From a virus (taxonomy: Duplodnaviria; Caudoviricetes): a stretch of DNA of 64,000 bases. The stretch is from positions 32,001 through 96,000 of the IMG/VR virus record IMGVR_UViG_3300029288_004596. One strand, written 5' to 3'. Of this stretch, positions 35,528-45,067 are shown in pieces; the first letter of the stretch is position 1, and each line of letters opens with the position of its first letter. The notes beneath the pieces are model-generated. The model had not been told where the DNA came from, did not search any database, and saw only the letters and a list, made by a program, of their open reading frames with translations. Position numbers and translations under genes: made by a program.

Positions 35528-38500
35528 GCAAATCCTGCTCCCTTTTCTGCTTGATGGCTAAGTCCACATTAAGTTCATCATTGTTAAGGTTAGCGTCTTC
35601 ATTTGTGGCTATCACAATTCTCAGATTCTTAAGGCCCCTGCCAGAAAGTATCTTGTTTATCCTATCACTTATATCGCTGGAACTGCCGTATACTGTGGGA
35701 GTGTCTATGTTCTGGGTGTTCTGTTTGGCTTCATATATCTGAGAAGGATAGATACCAAAGTCCATTGGGTCCATTCCTTCTTCCACTATAGCCTTAGCCT
35801 TGATGTCATCCAAGTTCAGTCCCGGGCTCCATCCCTTCCAGTCCTTATCTGGCAGGGTATGGGTTTTGAAGTACTCTCTCAGCAACTTTCTCTGTGGAAG
35901 TCTCTTAGGGTCAATGCCCATGTAAGGTCCTATCAGTCTCTTCTGATAGTCAGGCATGAGCTTAAAGGCTTTCTCCCTCTCCTCAGGAGTAGACTGTGTT
36001 AGAAAGCCCTGTATGAACTCTCTTTCATACTTGGGGAATGCCGCCATCACATTTAGGAGAGGACCTCCAGGCATAGCCCCGTACATAGTAGCCGCATATT
36101 TATCTCTGTACAGCATAGCCTGATTGGTTAGTGGACCTAAGGCCAAAGTCTGCTTTCTCTCAGCCAGATTCTGTATTTCTTGTCTTATGCGCAGCTCTTC
36201 AGGAGTTCCTTTCTTGCCCTTCCTGAGTAGTTGCTGCCTTTGCTGTCTGAGCTTAGTGAGCTTTTCTTTTCTCCACTTCCCAAGGTTATTGTATCTGCTG
36301 TAGAGTCTGTCTACATCCACCCCTTCTTTTTCCTTGGCGAGTTCAGCAGTCCTTGCATATAAGGCTCTGTACTTCATGTACTTCAGTATATCAAAGTACT
36401 CTTCTATGTCTCTTCTCTTCTGGGTTCTCTTTGGCACCCACATATCATCAGTGTTATCCAGGACTCCCTGTCTTATGAGGGATAGTCCTGCTCCAGCCAG
36501 GGCTCCCCAGCCAGCGGCTTTCCATCTAAGATTTCTCTGGGAGAAGAAGAAACTGGAAAATAATCCAGCTCCAGCCGCTGCTCCTAAAATGCCTCTACCC
36601 ATGAAGGATGTGATAGAAGGATTTATAAACGATGAATAAGGAGCCTCCCACCTTGCGCTTCTGGATCCATAAGTCTGTCTCTCATATTCCTCATAAGGGG
36701 ACTTGACGTCAAGAAACTTTGTGTTTAGGATAGACCGCATGTGAGCCATGGATTCCCACTTGGCTCCCTTGCTTATTTCAATAGCTGAGAACCTGGCCCA
36801 TACTCCAGCCGCAGTCCACTCATTCTTCTCAGTTCCCACTCCACTTTCCAGGAGTTCTCTGTTTATATTCTTTCCATTCTTTATGATGACAGCATGCTGA
36901 GTTCCCAGGACATCATCTGAGTATCTGTTCTGCGGGTCTGCATTCACAAGAACTTTTATCACACTGCCCTTGTGCACTCCAAACTGGCTGAATAAATACT
37001 CAGCTGGCGTCATGTTTCCTTCAGGGGCACCATAAGCGTCAGTGATTCTCTCTATAGAGTTCCTTATCCCAGCTAATCTTAGAGGATGCTCATCTCCATA
37101 CACTGATATGGTGTTGGCGTCTATGATATCTTTTACTATGTATCTGTGGGTTTCTACATCAGCGTACTTGAATCTGTAGGGGTAGAAGTTATATCTTCTT
37201 TTCTGAAGAGTAGCCCTGTGCTTTGCCGCCTGCACTCTCTCATTCTCATTCTCTGTGAGCTGATCATTGTTAGCCATCTGATCCTTGAGGGCCAGGTATT
37301 CCATGGACCAGGGACTGGTATCGGCCAAGATCTCAAACCTGGTAACTGGATCATACAGAGTGGCTCTAGACACCTCTCCCCTTTCCACCATTCCCCTTAT
37401 GTCTTCTCTGGCCGCTTCCACTTTAGCTATGGTCTGGTTGAGCAGACTCTTGGAGAAGTCCACATTTATGAGCCTCACCTGATTAGGATCGTCCCTGTTC
37501 ACATAGGCTAGCATTCCTTTGTGTATTCCTGACTCATAGAGATAGAAGTTTAACTGTTCCATGTGCTCCTGGAAAGGCTGCCCTAAAGCAAACCTCTTGG
37601 CAGACATGGTCTTTATCTCAGCCACCACGTCTCCCTGCCCCATGTTCAGTATAGCATCCATGTGCCCTGTAATCCCAAGGGCTGGATCAAAGATCTCCAG
37701 TTCCTTACCCTTGAGGATTCCCATGTTATTCCACTTCCTCTGGATAGCTTTATGGGAAGCTGTGCCTTCTTCCATGACTCTTTCAGAGTAGGCTGAAGAA
37801 CCCTCATCATATCCCAGCATTTCCAGGATGAGTTGTTCTTTAGTCCTGCCAAGGGAAGAGGCCCTGGTCTGCATGAGTCTATTTCTATGGACTCTCTCAT
37901 AGGCTTCTCCTGGAAGTCTGACAAGTCCATTCTCTACCTTTGTATAAGGATCTCCTTCCTGGAAGTTAAGGAAGTAGTCTGACCCTGGCATAAAGGAGTA
38001 TTGCATGGAGTTGGGGACTGGATTGTAGCGCTCCACATTCCTAAGTTTGTGGGGCATAAACCTTCGGCCTATTTCTGAGAGTTCTCCCCCAAGACCTCCT
38101 AGGTTAGCATTCCAAAAGCGCTGCTCATAGGAGTAGGCTTCTCCTGTGTCCGCTATTACAGGACCAGTTCTCTGACCAAATGGAATTGAGGTTGCCCAGC
38201 CATAGAGACCAGTGTATTCCCTGGCTAAATATCCAGCCATCTCCATATCCGAGATGGTCCTCATATCCTCCAGGTCTTCTTCTGTGAACCCACCTGTCTG
38301 TTCAGCTAGTCTCTGCATCCTTGAAGGAGTTAGCCCAGCCCCTGTAGCCTTGAGGTTCCTGTTGATCCTCTCTATCTCCCACTTAGCCAGTCCCTTTATA
38401 TTGTTTCCTTTATCTCTGGTTCCTAAGTGAGAGGTATCTGTATCTATTTCCCCTATCTGTTCAGCGGCTATCCCTCCAGCTGGATTTACTGTGGCTATAG

Positions 38501-41500
38501 AACCTGCGGCTACTACTGTGTAAGGATCTCCTCCACCGCCAGTTCCCCCTCCCTTGAGGGACATGTTTATAGCTCTTATCCCTTCCTTGGCCTGGGTCTT
38601 GCCCATGTTCTCCGGGAGATATTCTGGGTATAGAACTCTTTCAGGTTTGAAGATCCTGCCTATAGTAGAGTTGACTAGTGGTCCCCATAGGGTTTCTCGA
38701 GTGGCTATTGGGCCGGACACTACATAAGGTCTGTCTGGGTTGTCCCCCATGGAGTGGCGCTGTTCCCACCACATAGGGTCTAGGAATCTCATCACTGGAG
38801 CTAAGGGGTGCCGGGGGGTAGGCAGCAGAGAGTGAGCCCAGTAAGCGTCTGACCTCATGTCAGCATTCTCAGCGTCCTGCCAGTTGGAGTAGGCCAGCTG
38901 ATATGGATCTGGCATGTAGTATTTTATCTTGTCCCCATAGATAGGCGATCTTGAGCCAAATAGCCACAGCCTTCCTCTCCTTACCGGGACATATCCTGAT
39001 TCTAACTGTTTTTTGGTATCCTCTGGAGTGGTGCCTGCAAGATAATTATCCATGCCTGGGTGGAGTTCATTGTATCTCTCCCAGTCATTGAGGTGTGAGA
39101 AGGCTATCTTGGCGTTGGCTCTTACATTGGCCTTTAGTTCATTAGGGGAGGTTCCAAAGAGGTTCTCTGATTCCCAGTTCACATAGTTCCAGGCTTCTAT
39201 TCCTAGTACAGCCGGTACTATTCTCTGCATTATCAGACCCCTGAGGATCTTGCCTCCAGAACCCATGGCCTCAGGTCCGAGTCCTAATCCGAAAGCTTCC
39301 AGAGGTTTATTGAGTCTTGAGTTGAAGAAGTACCAGGTGAGAGCTGACCTGGTCATATCCTCAGGATCATCCACTCCCCTCCATAGGGCAGTGGTATACT
39401 GTTTTATAGCTGTAGAGCCTGTGATATTGCTCAGGACATCAAAGAAGTTTCCTCCGTTTTGCCAGGCTCTGTTTATAGACTCTAGTATTGACTGGTGCTC
39501 TTTTATAAAAAGTCTCTGAGGACCATTGCTTATCTCAGGATTCCAAGTATCCCAATACCCGAGCTTGGCATCTACCATTGCTTCAGCAGTTAATCTTATG
39601 TCTTCTGAGATATGTTGCGAACCTACCAGTCCTTGATACGCTCCTCTAGCTCCTGATATTCCTGTCAGCTGATCTCCCAATAGATAACCATATCTGACAG
39701 CTAAGGCGTCTCTCGATTCATTGATAGGCACATCCAAGTTTACTATGATATCTTCGATTCCTCTTCCCAGCTGACCAGGACCACCTAGGTTTATATTTCT
39801 CAGAACCTCTTCTTTTATAAATTTCCTGGCAGTGTCATAGCCAGTGAGAGGTTCTTCTTTCCCAAGGAACATATCCACTAGAGGATTCACCGAGTTTCTA
39901 GCAGTCTTCTTCCCCAGGGTTCTGGCTGGGTCCCTGTCAAACTCCTCAAGGAAGTATCTGAACTCATCTGACCTTATAGCTTTTCTGTCTACATTTAATA
40001 GATAATGCAGTAGATGGCTGTTGGAATCCAGGTTATTGGCAGCTACCCTGAGATCTATAGGGAGATAGCCCCCATTGGCCGTCACATCATCTAGGATTCC
40101 TTCCAGGACATTCTGAGATATATTGCCTTCCTTTTTCAGGAAGTTTACCACAGACCTTATGGATTCTATATTTCTTACAGGATCAAAGTCTGGGTTGTTG
40201 TATATATCGTTTAACGCAGCGGCTGGGTAAGTGGAACCTGGATTCATCTTGGCGAATATGGATTTTACTTTCCCAAACCATGACTGCTCTCTTTGATTGA
40301 GTTGCAGAGTTCCTCTAGTCCCACCATGTCCAAATCCCAGCGCTCCTCTGACTCCTCCGGTCTTAGGGGTGTCAAGATAGTCTGTGAGGTTCTTGTAGAT
40401 GTCTTCCACAAATCCGCTATCCGCAGTTAAAGAAGTGTAGCCTTTGCCCAGTTCTCCTATAGAAGCGTTGCCCAGTTCTGAGAACCTGGAACCTATAAGA
40501 GTGTTGCCAGCTATAGTCAGGTCCTGCCCCTGAGCCGCCAGGTGCCTAGTGAGAGGCTGTCTAGCCACAGCGTTCTGGTGGATAATATCAAAGGTTCTCC
40601 CAGTTCCTCCTTTTAGCCAGCCAAAGAACTGAGTTGGGGAGAAACCTTCCAGGTATGGGAGCACTGGGATCTGCATGTTCTGGTCTACCCAGTCTATAGC
40701 TCTTCCTAGAGTTTCCTTGAAACCTCTCAGGTCTCTGACAGTTCCTTTTTCATCCATCCAGATCTGCCCTACAGCAGTGGAGTTTATTATATCCTGAAGA
40801 CCTTCTCTGTGCCCTGATAAACTCAGGGAGGCTCTTAATCTCGCTGAGGATTCCTGAGCCTGCCTCACCACATCTGCTGAGAACCTGTCTCTATTGGAGA
40901 GCACGTCATTGACAGTGACTCTTCTAGCTCCCAGCTGCTCCATGAGAGCGTCCATGTAAGTGGGGCCTCTCCCAGCAGCCATGTTGCTAGCTTTGGCCTT
41001 GGTGACGACTCTTCTTTGCAGAGCGTCTATAAACGCTTCCGCATGGACTTCTCTGGCTCTCTGCAACTGGGCTCTAAGATTATCTGACAGAGGAAAATCT
41101 TTATTGAACAGGGTTGTCAGATTGCTTTGGTCAAAAGCTCTTTCCAGATTCTTCTGGATCTCCGGTATGTTTCCTCCAACTGAGGCCACGAAATCCCTGT
41201 AAGCGTCTTCCTGAATGACGGAACTTCTAAGGGTTCCTCCATGCAGCCACTGGTTTATTCTTGAAGAAGGAGCCACTCCCCTATTGTATCCCAGGAGCAG
41301 GTCCACCTGTTCTCTGGAGAACACTCCTGTGGCTCTGAACCTCTCTTCAGCCACCTGCTGTCTCAGCCTCAGAGGCAGAGTCTCTGACATAGCCGCTCTT
41401 ATCTCATTGGATAAGTTGGTTATGGAGAGGTTTCCTAGCTTCTCGGAACCGGTGGCGAACTTAGACACAAAGCGTTCTACGCCATTTATGATGTAGCCGC

Positions 41501-41600
41501 CAAGCTTCTTCCTGTTAACCACAGCGGCGGATATCGCCCCTATGCTAGCAGCCCCTATTAAGAACCTTCTAGTTCCTTTTCTGTCTTCGTAGTTGTCCAT
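35505..41600 (-). CDS. Tape-measure-position giant protein with PD-(D/E)XK Cas4/RecB-like nuclease (~37400-37870) and degenerate SNase OB domain (~36830-37150) (2031 aa)
   Basis: Directly follows the tail chaperones; Gly/Ala-rich hydrophobic segments. Nuclease motifs: EEGTASH, GHMD, AEIKT, QLNFY. SNase-like: VKDIIDANTI...LRLAGI...NINRELLESG. Confidence 0.75.
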   Translation of the reverse strand: MDNYEDRKGTRRFLIGAASIGAISAAVVNRKKLGGYIINGVERFVSKFATGSEKLGNLSITNLSNEIRAAMSETLPLRLRQQVAEERFRATGVFSREQVDLLLGYNRGVAPSSRINQWLHGGTLRSSVIQEDAYRDFVASVGGNIPEIQKNLERAFDQSNLTTLFNKDFPLSDNLRAQLQRAREVHAEAFIDALQRRVVTKAKASNMAAGRGPTYMDALMEQLGARRVTVNDVLSNRDRFSADVVRQAQESSARLRASLSLSGHREGLQDIINSTAVGQIWMDEKGTVRDLRGFKETLGRAIDWVDQNMQIPVLPYLEGFSPTQFFGWLKGGTGRTFDIIHQNAVARQPLTRHLAAQGQDLTIAGNTLIGSRFSELGNASIGELGKGYTSLTADSGFVEDIYKNLTDYLDTPKTGGVRGALGFGHGGTRGTLQLNQREQSWFGKVKSIFAKMNPGSTYPAAALNDIYNNPDFDPVRNIESIRSVVNFLKKEGNISQNVLEGILDDVTANGGYLPIDLRVAANNLDSNSHLLHYLLNVDRKAIRSDEFRYFLEEFDRDPARTLGKKTARNSVNPLVDMFLGKEEPLTGYDTARKFIKEEVLRNINLGGPGQLGRGIEDIIVNLDVPINESRDALAVRYGYLLGDQLTGISGARGAYQGLVGSQHISEDIRLTAEAMVDAKLGYWDTWNPEISNGPQRLFIKEHQSILESINRAWQNGGNFFDVLSNITGSTAIKQYTTALWRGVDDPEDMTRSALTWYFFNSRLNKPLEAFGLGLGPEAMGSGGKILRGLIMQRIVPAVLGIEAWNYVNWESENLFGTSPNELKANVRANAKIAFSHLNDWERYNELHPGMDNYLAGTTPEDTKKQLESGYVPVRRGRLWLFGSRSPIYGDKIKYYMPDPYQLAYSNWQDAENADMRSDAYWAHSLLPTPRHPLAPVMRFLDPMWWEQRHSMGDNPDRPYVVSGPIATRETLWGPLVNSTIGRIFKPERVLYPEYLPENMGKTQAKEGIRAINMSLKGGGTGGGGDPYTVVAAGSIATVNPAGGIAAEQIGEIDTDTSHLGTRDKGNNIKGLAKWEIERINRNLKATGAGLTPSRMQRLAEQTGGFTEEDLEDMRTISDMEMAGYLAREYTGLYGWATSIPFGQRTGPVIADTGEAYSYEQRFWNANLGGLGGELSEIGRRFMPHKLRNVERYNPVPNSMQYSFMPGSDYFLNFQEGDPYTKVENGLVRLPGEAYERVHRNRLMQTRASSLGRTKEQLILEMLGYDEGSSAYSERVMEEGTASHKAIQRKWNNMGILKGKELEIFDPALGITGHMDAILNMGQGDVVAEIKTMSAKRFALGQPFQEHMEQLNFYLYESGIHKGMLAYVNRDDPNQVRLINVDFSKSLLNQTIAKVEAAREDIRGMVERGEVSRATLYDPVTRFEILADTSPWSMEYLALKDQMANNDQLTENENERVQAAKHRATLQKRRYNFYPYRFKYADVETHRYIVKDIIDANTISVYGDEHPLRLAGIRNSIERITDAYGAPEGNMTPAEYLFSQFGVHKGSVIKVLVNADPQNRYSDDVLGTQHAVIIKNGKNINRELLESGVGTEKNEWTAAGVWARFSAIEISKGAKWESMAHMRSILNTKFLDVKSPYEEYERQTYGSRSARWEAPYSSFINPSITSFMGRGILGAAAGAGLFSSFFFSQRNLRWKAAGWGALAGAGLSLIRQGVLDNTDDMWVPKRTQKRRDIEEYFDILKYMKYRALYARTAELAKEKEGVDVDRLYSRYNNLGKWRKEKLTKLRQQRQQLLRKGKKGTPEELRIRQEIQNLAERKQTLALGPLTNQAMLYRDKYAATMYGAMPGGPLLNVMAAFPKYEREFIQGFLTQSTPEEREKAFKLMPDYQKRLIGPYMGIDPKRLPQRKLLREYFKTHTLPDKDWKGWSPGLNLDDIKAKAIVEEGMDPMDFGIYPSQIYEAKQNTQNIDTPTVYGSSSDISDRINKILSGRGLKNLRIVIATNEDANLNNDELNVDLAIKQKREQDLLDALRSY

Positions 41601-41603
41601 AAT

Positions 41604-41632
41604 AAAAAAAAGCCCTCCTCTATGGGAGAGCT
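41604..41632 (-). terminator. Intrinsic terminator-like hairpin containing the GGAGG RBS of the 2031-aa gene
   Basis: Minus strand AGCTCTCC-CATAGA-GGAGGGCT-TTTTTTT-ATT-ATG. Confidence 0.7.
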
Positions 41633-42191
41633 ATTTTATAAAAGTGAAATTCCCTTCTGACTCAAGCCTTGAGGGTTGTCTGTTAACCCCATAGGCGTTG
41701 CCATGCATTCCTGGAGGTTGCTGCTGCGGCAATACTTGAGCTGGCGGAGTTCCTTCTAAGAATACAGATGGGTCAACTCCATGGATTCCGCCCATTATCA
41801 TCTTTGCCATAGCGGCGTACTTGTACCAGGTTAGAGATTCCATGCTCTCCAGGATATCTGGAGTCATGGTGGGGAAACAAAAGCATATCAAGCAGTCTAT
41901 TCTGGCTTCATCTGTGGAAGCCCAGTCCTCAACCGCCTTTATCAGTTTCCTTACAGAGTCTTCATTGAGCATACCGCTCGCGTCCAGTATAGCTTCAGCT
42001 AGAGTAGATGGTATGCCAGCATAACAGTCTTCCCATCCTGGGAAGTCATCTGGGATTTTAAGGGTGCATAGCTTGGCTATCTCATCCTCAAAACCCACAG
42101 GATCATCTAAGTTCTCAGCCAGGATCTCCTTGTATTCTTTCCTTGTGAGAGATCTGTAAGTGTAGGTCTCCCCTAGAATAGAGATGTCCAT
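41631..42191 (-). CDS. Tail assembly chaperone-like protein (186 aa)
   Basis: YTYRSLTRKEY...AGIPSTLAEAILDASG, homologous to both halves of 42197..42895; lies between the tubes and the tape-measure-like gene. Confidence 0.65.
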   Translation of the reverse strand: MDISILGETYTYRSLTRKEYKEILAENLDDPVGFEDEIAKLCTLKIPDDFPGWEDCYAGIPSTLAEAILDASGMLNEDSVRKLIKAVEDWASTDEARIDCLICFCFPTMTPDILESMESLTWYKYAAMAKMIMGGIHGVDPSVFLEGTPPAQVLPQQQPPGMHGNAYGVNRQPSRLESEGNFTFIK

Positions 42192-42196
42192 GCATC

Positions 42197-42895
42197 CTAG
42201 AGTTCCTGAACTTTGGCGGTGGAGTTATAACCTGAGGCTGTGAGGATCATGTTGGAAAGGGTGGGACAGTAGCCTGCTGGTTTAGCATTCCAGTCTATTT
42301 TCTTGGGCCAGAGCACGCAGCGATTGCATACTTCCTCGTCTCTTTCCATGTCGTCTCCAGAGTCTGTGGCTCTTTTAGCTGCCACCTTCCACTCCTGTCT
42401 TGTGATAGGCCTTATCACAAAAGACTCCTCTTCAAAGATGACTTCCTTTATAGGGAAGGGAGTGCCAGCCTTGAGTTTATCTATATCCTCAGTGCTGGGT
42501 CTCACAGGTATAATCACATCTCCTATAGTAGACGCTCTAGGCTGAGGTATATCCAGCTCAGGGACTATAAATCCCGACTTAGCCTGGATCCATGAGGACA
42601 GTGTTGGCACTAGTCCCGCTGGAAGTCCAGTCCATCCGCCTTTCTGAGCGTCTGGCTGGGGACATATGAGCCCATAGGTCACTATCTTTTCATTGACATC
42701 GTCTATGGTCATGTTGGGGTTGCTCTGAACAGTGGACATTACTGTCTCCCATTCTCCTTTAGAAAGAGTCCTGACCACGAATTCAAAGTCTCCCACAGGC
42801 ACAAGGTATATCTTGCCAAACTTGGTTTTTAGTTCTGAGATCGCTTCATCTGATAGCTCGAAGTCTATCAGAAGCGGGTGCTGATTAGTTTTCAC
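42197..42895 (-). CDS. Tail assembly chaperone-like protein with an internal duplication (232 aa)
   Basis: FVVRTLSKGEW...PAGLVPTLS..I..KSGF and FVIRPITRQEW...PAGYCPTLS..I..ASGY. Confidence 0.65.
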   Translation of the reverse strand: MKTNQHPLLIDFELSDEAISELKTKFGKIYLVPVGDFEFVVRTLSKGEWETVMSTVQSNPNMTIDDVNEKIVTYGLICPQPDAQKGGWTGLPAGLVPTLSSWIQAKSGFIVPELDIPQPRASTIGDVIIPVRPSTEDIDKLKAGTPFPIKEVIFEEESFVIRPITRQEWKVAAKRATDSGDDMERDEEVCNRCVLWPKKIDWNAKPAGYCPTLSNMILTASGYNSTAKVQEL

Positions 42896-42904
42896 TAGTC
42901 CTCC

Positions 42905-43690
42905 TTATGAAATGCTCCTACCCACAAATGAGTAAACCTCAAGGATGTTTCTCCCTGAGTCATCTATGGCTTTGGCGTAACTTCCTATGTCGCATCCCCT
43001 TATGATTTCCAGAGTTCCCCATTTATCATAAGAAGGATACTGATTGTTCCTTACTTCTTCTGGTTGTCCAAACTTCACCAGGATGTCAAACCCTTCTTTA
43101 GTGGTAGCATACCTGGGTCTCTTCATTATTCTATCTGTGGTTCTGCTAGTGGCGTTGTTGTTGACTCCCCAGTATGTCTCGTCAAAGGAATCCATGTAAT
43201 CTCTGTAAGCGTTGGGGTCATTTTGATTAGCTACATTGACTATATCCTCTAAGGTGAAGTCTCCTCCAAGAGCGGCCTGCTGAAGAGTAAGGTTCTTGGT
43301 GGCCATCTTCTTGCTAAGAGTCTTTATATCTTTATCAGTTCCCTCTTCATTAGCCAGTCTCTGGAGTATCTTGGTTATGTAACCTGAGTCCTTAAAGTTT
43401 ATGGTGAATGTGCCTTGTATCATCCTGGAGCCATGGGAGAATCTTCTGGGTGTATAGTCTGCATAGGAGAATACAGGTTTAACCTGTTCAAGTTCCTGGT
43501 ACTGCAGGGCTACGGCTTCATCTATGTAGATGTTGTTGAAGTAAACAGACACGTCCAGTCCCGAATAGTATGTGGAGTCAAACTCTCCAGTCACTATCCA
43601 CCTTGGAAGATCTCTATTGGGGTTTCCCAGTCCAGACTCGCTGCTGTAAAGATCCGCCCAGTTGTTTGGTCTGTTATATTTTAATCCCAT
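42905..43690 (-). CDS. Tail tube-like protein 3 (261 aa)
   Basis: YSGLDVSVY...GSRMIQGTFTIN...FDILV...YSFVGR, homologous to the two upstream tube-like genes. Confidence 0.7.
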   Translation of the reverse strand: MGLKYNRPNNWADLYSSESGLGNPNRDLPRWIVTGEFDSTYYSGLDVSVYFNNIYIDEAVALQYQELEQVKPVFSYADYTPRRFSHGSRMIQGTFTINFKDSGYITKILQRLANEEGTDKDIKTLSKKMATKNLTLQQAALGGDFTLEDIVNVANQNDPNAYRDYMDSFDETYWGVNNNATSRTTDRIMKRPRYATTKEGFDILVKFGQPEEVRNNQYPSYDKWGTLEIIRGCDIGSYAKAIDDSGRNILEVYSFVGRSIS

Positions 43691-44285
43691 TGTTTATTAA
43701 GCTTCCATCCTCTTTCCTTGGAGGGGTCACAGGCTGGAATGGTATTCTCCTTAGAGCCATGAATGAGTAGCTCTCCATTAATATTATAGTCTCTAGATTA
43801 TAGGAAGTTCCTTCATCCAGTATGGTGATGCCTTCTATGACTGAGTAGCTGGCTTCTCCAGTTTCATTGACAGCTGTTATTATTATATTGAATGGAGGCA
43901 GCTCATCGGCAGCTGAATAGTCAGGACTTAGATGTGATCCACTGGATAAAGCTGACCTTACCCAGCTATCTACCGAGTCTCTAGTCAGCATGGAGAAGGC
44001 GCTTCTGTCTATAGTGTTGAAGGCCAGGGTCCCGCCAATCGTGCGGTGTCCAGCGGTATATCCCTTAGGCCCTATAGAACCAAGGGAGGCTACAGGGAAC
44101 TTGTCTCTGTGCTGAGATATGGAAATCATAGCTATAGTCCCCAAAGGTATAGTCTTGGTTACCCCGGGAATTGTGCCAGGAGGAATAAGGGCTGTCATAT
44201 CAGCGGCAGAAAAACCATTTCCCTGATCATAGTAGTTATAGGAGCCAAAGTGTTGACCCTTTTCATCATAGTATTTTTTTACCAT
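43674..44285 (-). CDS. Tail tube-like protein 2 (203 aa)
   Basis: FSAADM...GHRTIGGTLAFN..DR...DELPPFNI.I..VNETG...G.T...EG...YSFMA. Confidence 0.75.
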   Translation of the reverse strand: MVKKYYDEKGQHFGSYNYYDQGNGFSAADMTALIPPGTIPGVTKTIPLGTIAMISISQHRDKFPVASLGSIGPKGYTAGHRTIGGTLAFNTIDRSAFSMLTRDSVDSWVRSALSSGSHLSPDYSAADELPPFNIIITAVNETGEASYSVIEGITILDEGTSYNLETIILMESYSFMALRRIPFQPVTPPRKEDGSLINNGIKI

Positions 44286-44287
44286 AA

Positions 44288-44316
44288 GAAACCTTGGGGG
44301 TGGGTTGCACCCCCAT
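44288..44316 (-). terminator. Hairpin/terminator after the main tube gene
   Basis: Minus strand GGGGGTG-CAACC-CACCCCC followed by AAGGTTTCTT. Confidence 0.5.
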
Positions 44317-44320
44317 TAAG

Positions 44321-45052
44321 TTAGTTAGAGAACTTAAACTCAGCCCCCACAGGGACTAGAGGAGTAACTTCTCTGGCAATATAGGTGTAAGCGCTTTCAG
44401 CGGTTAGGTCATCCATAGTGAAACCATAGCCCTCATTGATTAGGGTTATGCCCTGGATAGTGCACCAGGCTGCGTTGCCTGTGTCATTAACCATGGTTAT
44501 AACCAGATCAAATGGAGGTATCTGGTCCACATACTTTAGTTTTCTCTGCTGTATTACAGCGTCCCATACCTGTCTTATCTCTTCTTGTATCCTGCTCTGC
44601 AGGTTGGTTCCACTTCGTATAACTCCAGCCACATTGAGATCCCCAGCTGGATTTGAAGCCACAACTCCCCCAATAAGTTCTGAGAATGGGTTGTTAGTAG
44701 CTCCATTGTTTGTCTTTGCTGTGAGGTTAAGAACATCCTGGATGCTCTTTCCATACAAAGTCCCCTTGCCCGCAGTTCCTCTTTCATCTAAGAAAGTGTC
44801 TAAGAGCAGGGAGTGCCTGTCAAAGTTGGAGAATACAAGGGTTCCCGATATTCCCCTCTTGCCTTTCACTATAGTGGCAAGACTCGCATTTCCCATAACG
44901 TATATAGGAAGAGTTTCTCTTGTGATAGAGACTGTGACAGCCTGCAGGTTTCCAATAACCTTGTTGCCAATGATAGCCTGCATATCACACCCAGAGAACG
45001 CTTTTCCGTCATACTTTGTTCCATCAGCAATCTGATCTTTTATACTAGCCAT
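44321..45052 (-). CDS. Major tail tube protein (243 aa)
   Basis: Directly follows the sheath gene with a strong RBS; FSGCDM...GKRGISGTLVFSNFDR...DQIPPFDL.I..VND.G...EG...YTYIAR. Confidence 0.8.
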   Translation of the reverse strand: MASIKDQIADGTKYDGKAFSGCDMQAIIGNKVIGNLQAVTVSITRETLPIYVMGNASLATIVKGKRGISGTLVFSNFDRHSLLLDTFLDERGTAGKGTLYGKSIQDVLNLTAKTNNGATNNPFSELIGGVVASNPAGDLNVAGVIRSGTNLQSRIQEEIRQVWDAVIQQRKLKYVDQIPPFDLVITMVNDTGNAAWCTIQGITLINEGYGFTMDDLTAESAYTYIAREVTPLVPVGAEFKFSN

Positions 45053-45067
45053 TTACGTTCTCCTTCC

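Noticed and set aside
37400-37870. Cas4-like domain as evidence of a CRISPR-Cas locus
   Set aside because: No cas1/cas2 or multi-repeat array is visible; the domain lacks the Fe-S cysteines and is fused inside a tail-region protein
24949-41600. Giant proteins as virion RNA polymerase subunits
   Set aside because: No DxDGD catalytic motif or other RNA polymerase signature found in either giant protein
41997-42008. 12-bp match (AGCTAGAGTAGA) to the putative IsrB guide inside a chaperone gene
   Set aside because: Only 12 of 22 nt, at the scaffold-distal end of the guide; compatible with chance in a window this size
42185-42240. Programmed frameshift or readthrough joining the two tail chaperone genes
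   Set aside because: No X XXY YYZ slippery heptamer is seen before the TAG, and the next ATG is out of frame for simple readthrough
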